A stretch of DNA of 10,285 nucleotides from Acidobacteriota bacterium (GTDB taxonomy: Bacteria > Acidobacteriota > UBA6911 > JACQSX01): the NCBI GenBank assembly GCA_036507075.1, contig DASXQR010000036.1, positions 1-10,285 of the forward strand, written 5' to 3'. This document shows, piece after piece, positions 1 through 6,860 of the stretch. The translations under genes and the position numbers were made by a program. Position 1 is the first letter of the stretch. Each line of letters opens with the position of its first letter. The notes below the pieces were generated by a model, which worked only from the letters and a program-made list of their open reading frames with translations, searched no databases and was not told where the DNA came from.

Positions 1-35
1 TGCAACCCGGAACCCGCCACGCCAGATGCGGAAAT

Positions 36-581
36 TCATCGCATGCGAACATACACGTCCGGGTCGCCGAACGCCTTTGGGTTTTCGGCGTGCTCCAGAA
101 CAAATGACTGCAGCCTTTGGGTCTGGGCGGTGATTACAACCTCTCTTTCATTTCCTTTTTTGAACTCTTCGTGCCGGATTGTGAGGTGCTCCTGGAACCA
201 GCCTGCGTCGGCCATGGAAATCCGCAATTCCTCTCCCGCGAGCGCCACTCTTCCGAAAGTGTGAACCGGAAGCAGATGCGCCAGGTAAAACCTATTTTTC
301 GTTTCCGGCAATTCGGGATAAAAATCCAGAAAGAGGTAATCTCCCAGCCTCATCAAATGCGCGGCAAATCTTGCCGACTCCCCTTTCTCGGTGTAAATCA
401 GCGTGTAACTTTGAGCGTCGGACTGCTCGAAGACGAGCGTTGTTTCGTCCTTTCCAGCCCAGACACCAAGCAAAGCAGGTTCAAAGACAAGGTCATCGTC
501 CATATAGAGCGGGTGCAAAGAAGGCAGGCACCCGGTGAAAAGCAGTAACAAACCCGTCGTAATCCATCTGGCAGTTCGCAT
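36..581 (-). CDS. Hypothetical lipoprotein (181 aa)
   Basis: ORF 36..638 trimmed to the ATG at 581, which has AGGA just upstream. The N-terminus MRTARWITTGLLLLFTGC has a basic n-region, a hydrophobic h-region and a lipobox-like FTGC (Cys18). No function recognised. Confidence 0.8.
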   Translation of the reverse strand: MRTARWITTGLLLLFTGCLPSLHPLYMDDDLVFEPALLGVWAGKDETTLVFEQSDAQSYTLIYTEKGESARFAAHLMRLGDYLFLDFYPELPETKNRFYLAHLLPVHTFGRVALAGEELRISMADAGWFQEHLTIRHEEFKKGNEREVVITAQTQRLQSFVLEHAENPKAFGDPDVYVRMR

Positions 582-742
582 AACAATCCTTCTGTTTCGT
601 GGCGATACGGCCGGCTGGATCACGCGGGAGACCTTCAACCGGCCTGTTACGGAATAGCGACAAATGGTGCCGGAAATTTCATTCCGAGTGAGAATTTTTG
701 CACCACCAAGTGACGGAACAGAATGGAGACGGCTACATTATG

Positions 743-833
743 TTCACCGCAGAGCCGCCGAGAACGCCAAGTTTCGCAGAGGTTGTGATGAAACTCTGCG
801 GAAACTCGGCGTTCTTTGCGGCTCTGCGGTGAA
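743..833. repeat. Imperfect palindrome built from ~8-10-nt CCGCAGAG-type units
   Basis: Left arm 743-781 (ttcaccgcagagccgccgagaacgccaagtttcgcagag) pairs with right arm 794-833 with 3 mismatches and 1 indel. The loop is 12 nt. Confidence 0.9.
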
Positions 834-888
834 TGCAACGTGTCCGTCCACGGCCGGCTTCGATTCGGTTTAAAACCCTCGCTAAGGG

Positions 889-3288
889 TCACGGTCTGCG
901 GGGGCGCCGGAAGAGGCGAACCAGAGCCATCCTTATTGAGGAATAGCGGACAGCCACGAGCGTAAGACAAAAGCCGCAGGCCAGCAGGACCAGCGGCCAG
1001 GCAGCTCGGTTCCTGAAGAGATCGTGCTGCAGCCGTACCGCTCCGATGGCCAGGAACAGCATTCCCCAGGCAAAGAAATTCTTCATTTGCTTGGGAATAC
1101 TTCCAAACACGAACAGGCAGGCGACCACAGGCAGCGCGATCTCAAAGAATCTTGCCTCCGAACGGAAGGCGCTGCTTGCAGACTGTTGATTCCACTGCCT
1201 GGACGCTGACAGCCCGAGCAGCAGCAATGAGGTAAGCACATGTCCCGGAATCAAAAAGCGGAAAGATTTCGCGACGCTGCGCATCTGGGGAGACGGAAAG
1301 CGGTCGCAAACATGCTGCAGCGCCAGATACGCGGCTGCGTTGAAGATAAACAGATATTCAATCTGGCCGCGCGTGACCGGTGCGACCTTCTGCAGCCATT
1401 CTGCATAGGGACGGTGAAAGCAGGCCAGGCCGCTCAGACCGGCAAGAGTGAAAATCACCGCAAAGGGATAAAAGTGCCTCGAATCCGAAGCGTATCGTTG
1501 TCGCTCCAGCCACCAGCCGGCCAGAAAGAAGACAAACGCAATCGGCAAGAGGCGGAAGTAAAGTCTTCCCGGATCAGTTTCCAGCCACTCGAGCATTCCC
1601 ATGCGAAGCAGTGTTACCAGTGAAAGCGACGCGGTCATAACCGCAAATACCAGTGAGAACACGGAGGCGCGGGTGAACCGTCGCAGCCACAAGTAAGCCG
1701 GCAGGGAAAGCAGTAAGGCCCACCACATTTGAGCGTTCGTGACTCGTTTGAATCCGGGCAGTCTCGGAAACAGCTCGCGACTCTCCTTCCCGGGCAGGGG
1801 AACGGAAAACAGCCGCCATTCATTCATCGCCACCAGCAACAGAATGGGGAGCAGCAGGCAAAACGCAAGCAGGTAGGCAATCGCGACACGGTACTGGCCA
1901 CGCCGCCAGCAGCGAATTCCGAGCCATGCAATTGAGAAGGTGACGCAGGCCACCACCAGGGTTGCGGGTGTGCCTCTCAGATTGGCGAATTGGAACAGCA
2001 GCACCAGTGCTGCGCCGAGCACCAGCAGCCACGCGCCCAGATAGAGACTCACCTGAGGAAGTGAAAAACGCCGCATTTCCATGATCCATGCGTCGTCGCG
2101 GTCCACCAGGCGGTCGTAATGCTTTCGAAAGCTGTCGTACTCGGAGTCCGAGAGAATCTGATCCTGTCTCCACGCATTCAATTCACGCAGGTGCTGCTCG
2201 ATTTTCCCCGTCATCAATCGCGAATAGGAGGCCGGAACCGCCAGCACCGATTCGCCTGCCAGAAATCTCTTCAGATCTTCGGCCATTTCGCGGGCGGAAG
2301 CATAACGATCGTCTGGATTCTTCTCGAGCGCCTTGAGACAGACATTTTGCAGGTCACCTGGTATAGATGGATTAATCCTGCGTGGTAAAATAGGATCAAC
2401 TTCGCGGATGCTTCGGATCTGTTCGCGAAAATCTTTTCCCTGGAAAGGGATCTCTCCGGTCAGAATCTCGTAAAAAATCGCCCCTAGCGAGAAGACGTCG
2501 CTTCGCGCATCCAGCGGGATATCGCCACGCGCCTGCTCGGGAGAGAAGTAATTCGGAGTGCCAAGGATTTCACCGGCCCGGGTGATTCTTTTTTCGTCGA
2601 GATCAACCTGAAGTGCCAGTCCGAAGTCCAGCACCTTGGGTTCCAGATCGGGTCCAACCATAATGTTGCCCGGTTTCAGGTCTCGATGAATCACCTGATG
2701 CCTGTGCAGGAAATCGACCGCCTGAAGAACCTTGAGCATCAGCTCGACCCTTTGCTGCAGCGGCAGTGCCTTGGCTGCATCTGCCAGCGATGCGCCCTCG
2801 AGATACTCCATCACAAAGTGCGGGATCTCTTCCTGCGGCCCGAGATTGTAGATGCGCGCAATGTTGGGATGGCTCAGCTTGGCCATGGCGCGGGCTTCCT
2901 GCATGAAACGCACGCGCAGGTGCGGGTTTTGCCGGTAACGCACGCTCAGGGCTTTGATTGCCACCCTGCGATTGAGGCTCTCATCAACGGCGAGATAGAC
3001 GACACCCATCCCACCCGATCCGAGCGGCGCAAGGACGCGGTGTCCGGAAAGACGCACCGGCAATTCTTCGGCTCCCGGCGGATGTGCGGAATCATTTTCG
3101 GGAGAGAGCGCTGTTTCGATTCTGCCGGCTGCATGGATTTGCGCCCGGAGCTCAGACTCCAGGTGCGGATGCTTGAGGCAAAACTCTTCCAGGTCGACCG
3201 TTTCTTCGCGTGCCAGCCGGTCCAGATAATCGGCCAGAGCGTTGGCCAGCAATTGCTCATGGTCCGGGGCGGGAACAGGATCGCTCAT
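889..3288 (-). CDS. Hanks-type Ser/Thr protein kinase with C-terminal polytopic membrane domain (~799 aa)
   Basis: Kinase motifs GSGGMGVVY, VAIK, HRDLKPGN, DFG, GTPNYFSPEQ and SDVFSLG are present. The C-terminal ~400 aa has about 12 hydrophobic segments by eye. Start placed at ATG 3288 (MSDPV...) rather than the ORF-track start at 3357. Confidence 0.95.
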   Translation of the reverse strand: MSDPVPAPDHEQLLANALADYLDRLAREETVDLEEFCLKHPHLESELRAQIHAAGRIETALSPENDSAHPPGAEELPVRLSGHRVLAPLGSGGMGVVYLAVDESLNRRVAIKALSVRYRQNPHLRVRFMQEARAMAKLSHPNIARIYNLGPQEEIPHFVMEYLEGASLADAAKALPLQQRVELMLKVLQAVDFLHRHQVIHRDLKPGNIMVGPDLEPKVLDFGLALQVDLDEKRITRAGEILGTPNYFSPEQARGDIPLDARSDVFSLGAIFYEILTGEIPFQGKDFREQIRSIREVDPILPRRINPSIPGDLQNVCLKALEKNPDDRYASAREMAEDLKRFLAGESVLAVPASYSRLMTGKIEQHLRELNAWRQDQILSDSEYDSFRKHYDRLVDRDDAWIMEMRRFSLPQVSLYLGAWLLVLGAALVLLFQFANLRGTPATLVVACVTFSIAWLGIRCWRRGQYRVAIAYLLAFCLLLPILLLVAMNEWRLFSVPLPGKESRELFPRLPGFKRVTNAQMWWALLLSLPAYLWLRRFTRASVFSLVFAVMTASLSLVTLLRMGMLEWLETDPGRLYFRLLPIAFVFFLAGWWLERQRYASDSRHFYPFAVIFTLAGLSGLACFHRPYAEWLQKVAPVTRGQIEYLFIFNAAAYLALQHVCDRFPSPQMRSVAKSFRFLIPGHVLTSLLLLGLSASRQWNQQSASSAFRSEARFFEIALPVVACLFVFGSIPKQMKNFFAWGMLFLAIGAVRLQHDLFRNRAAWPLVLLACGFCLTLVAVRYSSIRMALVRLFRRPRRP

Positions 3289-3364
3289 TCTTTGTGCCCT
3301 TTGTGTAACAAGTTGGCAACTTCCTGTTTTTTTAGCAAGATTTTTCAGAAAGAACAAAAGCCGA

Positions 3365-3584
3365 TTACGTCAACGTCTACGTTTTGCGACTACGTGCACG
3401 TGCACGTCAATGACCACGAAGTACGGCTGCTGTTTGTTGCCTCGTGCACACTTAACCAGCCGGCGTGCACATTTGCGGCTGTTTTTCGTGGGCGCGGACG
3501 TGATCGTCGACGTCTCTGGTTGACGTGCACGTGCACGTGACCGTCCTCGGCTTTTTCTTTGGTTGCGGCCCACGGCCGGGCTGT
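3365..3584. repeat. Hexamer-based (CACGTG/CACGTC-like) palindromic element with hairpin head, copy 1
   Basis: Perfect 19-bp inverted repeat at 3392-3410 / 3520-3538 (acgtgcacgtgcacgtcaa) within degenerate hexamer runs. Segment 3556-3584 is 28/29 identical to 4475-4503. Confidence 0.85.
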
Positions 3585-3631
3585 ACTACTAACCATGAGA
3601 ATTTTCGCGGCCCGCGCAAATTATTCGGGAG

Positions 3632-3721
3632 CTTGGCAGAACACCGCAGAGAGACGGCCCTCAGGCCGTCTCTCCTTGACTTTTGGTTGCGGCTTCGCCG
3701 CGCTAAGCCTCTGTGGTGAAG
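3632..3721 (-). repeat. ~90-bp composite REP-like element (head motif plus GAGAGACGGCC hairpin), copy 1
   Basis: The reverse complement matches 10127-10212 at 84/86 positions plus a 4-nt indel. It contains an 11-bp stem gagagacggcc/ggccgtctctc with a 4-nt loop. Confidence 0.92.
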
Positions 3722-3726
3722 CCTTC

Positions 3727-4308
3727 CTACTGCAGGGACCGAAAGCGTTTTAACGCCCGGTGCAGCAGCAACGCCGTCGCCTCTCGAGATTTACCGAGCC
3801 GCTCCGCCACTTCCCCTGTGGAGAGGCACTCGATTTTCGTCCAGATGATAACGTCGCGGTAGTCGTTTGGCAGAGAATTCAGCTTTTCAAGAAGGGCCAG
3901 AAGATCTTCCTTTTCCGCCAGCAGTTTTGTGGGAGTGCGCGTATCAACCGGATCTGGTCCTTCCGGGTTACTGTCAGAGCGAAATCTTACGATTGCTTCC
4001 GCGCGACGCTTTTGCCTTCCCTCGAAGCGCGCCATGTCGGCGATAACGTGGTCCATTATACGCGAAAGCCATCGCAGAAACGCTCCCGGCTCCCGGTAAC
4101 TGAAGTTACCGATATCGTGAAACGCCCTCGCAAACACCTCCTGCAGAACATCATCCGTTTCGATGCGGGCGCGCAATTCGGGAGCGATTCGGTAATGGGC
4201 CAGGACGGCGAGACGCCTTCTGTATTTTTCAAACAGGGGAGAGAACGCCGCGGAATCTCCGTTTCGTATCCTGTCGATCAGTGCGAACGTTGAAGTGGCC
4301 TGTTGCAT
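3727..4308 (-). CDS. ECF-family RNA polymerase sigma-70 factor (kinase-associated type)
   Basis: 193 aa. Sigma2 signatures GDSAAFSPLFEKYRRRL, DDVLQEVF and FLRWLSRI, and sigma4 HTH LPNDYRDVI...STGEVAERLGKS...LLHRALKRFR. Lies directly upstream of the kinase on the same strand. Confidence 0.95.
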   Translation of the reverse strand: MQQATSTFALIDRIRNGDSAAFSPLFEKYRRRLAVLAHYRIAPELRARIETDDVLQEVFARAFHDIGNFSYREPGAFLRWLSRIMDHVIADMARFEGRQKRRAEAIVRFRSDSNPEGPDPVDTRTPTKLLAEKEDLLALLEKLNSLPNDYRDVIIWTKIECLSTGEVAERLGKSREATALLLHRALKRFRSLQ

Positions 4309-4355
4309 CTCAGTTGATTTAGAAGGTTCCTGTGCTCAGGACTGCCGCCGGCGTT

Positions 4356-4517
4356 CACGAGCACGTGCACGTCAACGTCCACGATTACGTTTACGATTTC
4401 GCTCGGTTTTTCACAGGCTGCCGTGATCGTGGACCTGAGGCGTGGTCGTTGACATGCACGTGCTCGTGGACGGCTCTTTGGTTGCGGTCCACGGCCGGGC
4501 TGTGTCCCTGTGGTGAA
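4356..4517. repeat. Hexamer-based palindromic element with hairpin head, copy 2
   Basis: Arms 4356-4383 and 4441-4468 are complementary at 26/28. They are followed by the 29-bp head at 4475-4503 and by a half arm of the CACCACAG family (4501-4517). Confidence 0.88.
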
Positions 4518-4528
4518 CTCACCGGTTA

Positions 4529-4987
4529 TCAAACTGCCGAGCGGACCATCTTCCATGCGTCTTTGCCGGGGCCGTAATAGTTTCTCAATTTTCGTGCCGG
4601 CCGGTAACTCATCTTTTTGTAAAAAGCAATCGCCGGGGCATTGCGGACATCGACTTCAAGCCCGTAGTCGGTGGCTCCCAGCTTTTTAAGCTGCGATTCC
4701 AGTTCTTGCAGCAGCCGGCGGCCATACCCTTTTCCTCGCGCCTGTGGCAGGAGATCGAGCGTGATGATGTGGCCCGTAATCTTGCCGCGCATCCGTTCCG
4801 GGGCGGCGATTCCAAAGCCGGCAATGTCGGAATCGACCATCAGCACCAGCGTGACGCTCAAAATGCGGCGGATAAAAAAATCCAGGACGAAATGATCGTA
4901 AGCGATGCCGGGCTCAAAGCATGCCCGGTCGATTTCCAGAAGTTTGGGGAGGTCGGCCTCCTGGAAAGGGCGGATGCAGTCGCTCAT
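4529..4987 (-). CDS. GNAT N-acetyltransferase, RimI-like (152 aa)
   Basis: Acetyl-CoA binding motif HIITLDLLPQARGKGYGRRLL, motif B LEVDVRNAPAIAFY and the C-terminal NYY...DA typical of RimI-like proteins. Start taken at ATG 4987. Confidence 0.9.
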   Translation of the reverse strand: MSDCIRPFQEADLPKLLEIDRACFEPGIAYDHFVLDFFIRRILSVTLVLMVDSDIAGFGIAAPERMRGKITGHIITLDLLPQARGKGYGRRLLQELESQLKKLGATDYGLEVDVRNAPAIAFYKKMSYRPARKLRNYYGPGKDAWKMVRSAV

Positions 4988-5035
4988 ACGCGCTAAAATA
5001 ACCACAAAGACACAGCGGCGCAACGTCGTCAAATC

Positions 5036-5130
5036 CGGAATGGAGAATGCGGAATGCGGAATCTGTCCAAGGCAAGCCCTGGAAGCACTGACCCAGTCAG
5101 TATTCTATTCCGCATTCCGCATTCCGAATT
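5036..5130. repeat. Heptamer (GAATGCG)n ... (CGCATTC)n inverted tandem repeat
   Basis: Perfect 18-bp inverted repeat at 5045-5062 / 5107-5124 with degenerate heptamers outside and a 44-nt spacer. It lies between divergent genes. Confidence 0.9.
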
Positions 5131-5185
5131 CATCATTTGGGCTTTGTCGTAGTAGAATAGTGTTACTCCTCAGAGGGGAATTCCT

Positions 5186-5956
5186 ATGAAGCAGATTTTT
5201 TCCGCGCTCATTGTCATTTTGTGCTTTGCGACTGCTGTCGCCCGCCCGGCTCAAAGTTCGAGGGAAGACTACGATGCTTTGATGAAAATACTTCAGGCTC
5301 CTGCTGATGCGCGCATTCAGATGGGAGAGGAGTTCCTGACCAAGTACCCGCAGTCCAGTTATGTCTCAAACGTGCACCAACAGCTCGCCTATGCGTATCA
5401 TCAGAAGAATCCCGACAAGGTGATCGAGCATGCCGAGCAGGCCCGCTCCATCAAAGACCCGTCCATGCTTACTTTCCTTGCGAGCGCCTACAACGACAAG
5501 AAGAATGAAGCCAAAACCATTGAGACCGCCGAAGCGGCCATTCAACTTGTCAACACCTCGGCAAAGCCCGCGGATGTAACCGACGAGCAGTGGGCCGCGC
5601 AAAAAAACGCCTTGTTCTCTTTTAACCAGCAACTGATGGGGATGTCCTATTACCGTCAGGCAAAAGCTGTCAAGACCCCACCCGACGCCTTACTCAATAA
5701 GTCCAAAGAAGCCTTGAAGGCTTCCATTGCGGTGGGACCGAAGAACGACATTGCTTACTACTACCTTGGTCTGACTCTGGCCGAACAGAGCCAGGGGGAC
5801 GCCGCCTGCGAAGCGCTGGCAAAAGCGGTTGCCATCGAAGGCCCGGCCAAGCCATACGCGCAGCAGGACCTGGAAAAGATCTATATGCACTATCACAAGA
5901 AGTCCAAAGTGGGGTTGGACAAGGTGCTCGCCAAGGCGAAAGCCGAGATGAAATGA
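5186..5956 (+). CDS. Secreted TPR-like helical repeat protein (256 aa)
   Basis: Purine-rich RBS (agagggga), signal peptide MKQIFSALIVILCFATAVA, and TPR-like patterns (FLTKYPQS, AYYYLGLTL...ACEALAKAVAI). Confidence 0.85.
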   Translation: MKQIFSALIVILCFATAVARPAQSSREDYDALMKILQAPADARIQMGEEFLTKYPQSSYVSNVHQQLAYAYHQKNPDKVIEHAEQARSIKDPSMLTFLASAYNDKKNEAKTIETAEAAIQLVNTSAKPADVTDEQWAAQKNALFSFNQQLMGMSYYRQAKAVKTPPDALLNKSKEALKASIAVGPKNDIAYYYLGLTLAEQSQGDAACEALAKAVAIEGPAKPYAQQDLEKIYMHYHKKSKVGLDKVLAKAKAEMK

Positions 5957-6064
5957 CGTTTCCTGATCTATCCGCCGGGCACAATGTAATTTCGTTGCTT
6001 TCTTTCCGCTGTCCCTTCTTGATACGATGAGTCGTCACCCACAAGTCGTCTCCTCGGAGAATCT

Positions 6065-6505
6065 ATGACCCGTAAATACCGGCAGCGCGGCTATCAGGAC
6101 GAAGACCGCCGCGAAGAAAAGCCAAAAAGTCCCCGCAAAGGGCCCAAGGATCCTTCCGCTCCCAGATCGCCCCGCATGCCAGGCTTTTTTACGGTGGTTC
6201 GCTGCGGAATGTGCGGCGCCAGCGTGCCGGAGATCGACAATTCGGATTTCGATGCGCTGTGCCCCAAATGCGGCGTAGCTCTTCACAGTTGCAAGAATTG
6301 CGTGCACTTTGATCCAAACAGCCGGTTTGAATGTACCGAACCCATCGAAAAGCGCGTACCCAAGAAGGATGCCCGGAATGAATGCACCTTTTTTGAAGCT
6401 CGTACCCGCGTGGAAAAGGAAATCACTGCGGCAGGCTCCCCCGGGGTCCGCCCTGCTCCCACAGATGACCCGCGCGCCGCATTTGAAAGGCTGTTCAAGA
6501 AATAG
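6065..6505 (+). CDS. Cys-rich hypothetical protein, putative zinc-binding (146 aa)
   Basis: RBS ggag upstream of the ATG. CGMC, CPKC, HSCKNC and two further Cys give 8 Cys in total. Basic, Pro-rich N-terminus. Confidence 0.85.
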   Translation: MTRKYRQRGYQDEDRREEKPKSPRKGPKDPSAPRSPRMPGFFTVVRCGMCGASVPEIDNSDFDALCPKCGVALHSCKNCVHFDPNSRFECTEPIEKRVPKKDARNECTFFEARTRVEKEITAAGSPGVRPAPTDDPRAAFERLFKK

Positions 6506-6529
6506 CTGCAGTGCCACTGATCCGGAACC

Positions 6530-6666
6530 ACTGGTAACTCATGCCGCTGATTAACTCATGCCCCCTTACTGGTAACTCATGTCCCTTACTGGTAACTCAC
6601 GTTCCTTACTGGTAACTCATGTCCCTTAAAGGTAACTCATGCCCCTTACTGGTAACTCATGCCCCT
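6530..6666 (+). repeat. 20-bp tandem direct repeat array (consensus ACTGGTAACTCATGYCCCTT)
   Basis: GGTAACTCA recurs at 6571, 6591, 6611, 6631 and 6651 (exact 20-nt period). Two degenerate copies lie upstream, near 6533 and 6550. There are no unique spacers. Confidence 0.95.
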
Positions 6667-6683
6667 GTTCACTTGCCACTTGA

Positions 6684-6860
6684 ATGTCAACCGCCGAAAT
6701 TGAATGCCCCTACTGCGGTGAATGGCTGGAGATTTCCATCGATCCCACTGTTTCCAGCCAGACCTACGTTGAGGATTGCCAGGTTTGCTGCCGCCCCATG
6801 CAGGTTGTAGTACGTTTTGAAGGGGAAGAGGCCGACGTTCGCGCCGAGGCAATGGATTGA
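6684..6860 (+). CDS. CPXCG-motif cysteine-rich small protein (58 aa)
   Basis: Hand translation gives MSTAEIECPYCGEWLEISIDPTVSSQTYVEDCQVCCRPMQVVVRFEGEEADVRAEAMD*. CPYCG and YVEDCQVCCRP match the Cys_rich_CPXG family pattern. The stop overlaps the next ATG (TGATG). Absent from the ORF track. Confidence 0.9.
   Translation: MSTAEIECPYCGEWLEISIDPTVSSQTYVEDCQVCCRPMQVVVRFEGEEADVRAEAMD

Noticed and set aside
1..20. Two AACCCG heptamer-like units at the window start
   Set aside because: Possibly the end of another heptamer element, but truncated by the window edge and too short to support.
665..705. Weak hairpin tggtgc...gcacca upstream of the lipoprotein gene
   Set aside because: It needs several G-U pairs and bulges that work only on the strand opposite the genes, and it matches no RNA family I recognise.
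846..857. 12-nt match (gtccacggccgg) to the head motif at 4487-4498
   Set aside because: It lacks the CAACCA tail and could be a chance match in GC-rich DNA.
2686..3540. 284-aa plus-strand ORF and other long antisense ORFs (e.g. 3760-4293, 6035-6517, 9411-10040)
   Set aside because: Shadow ORFs opposite well-supported genes in GC-rich DNA, with no recognisable motifs.
3649..3674. Rho-independent terminator call for the GAGAGACGGCC hairpin
   Set aside because: The stem is strong, but there is no U-tract after it in the sense direction. It is better explained as part of a dispersed repeat.
3242..3753. Short ORFs with HVHV/TCTC dipeptide runs (also 4278-4577)
   Set aside because: These are translations of the hexamer repeat in several frames on both strands, with no RBS or domain evidence.
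4309..4335. GGAACC upstream of the ECF gene as an autoregulated -35 element
   Set aside because: It is too close to the start codon to fit a -10 element and leader, and no second copy supports it.
6530..6666. Possible CRISPR array
   Set aside because: The units are contiguous 20-mers with no unique spacers, and no cas genes are present.
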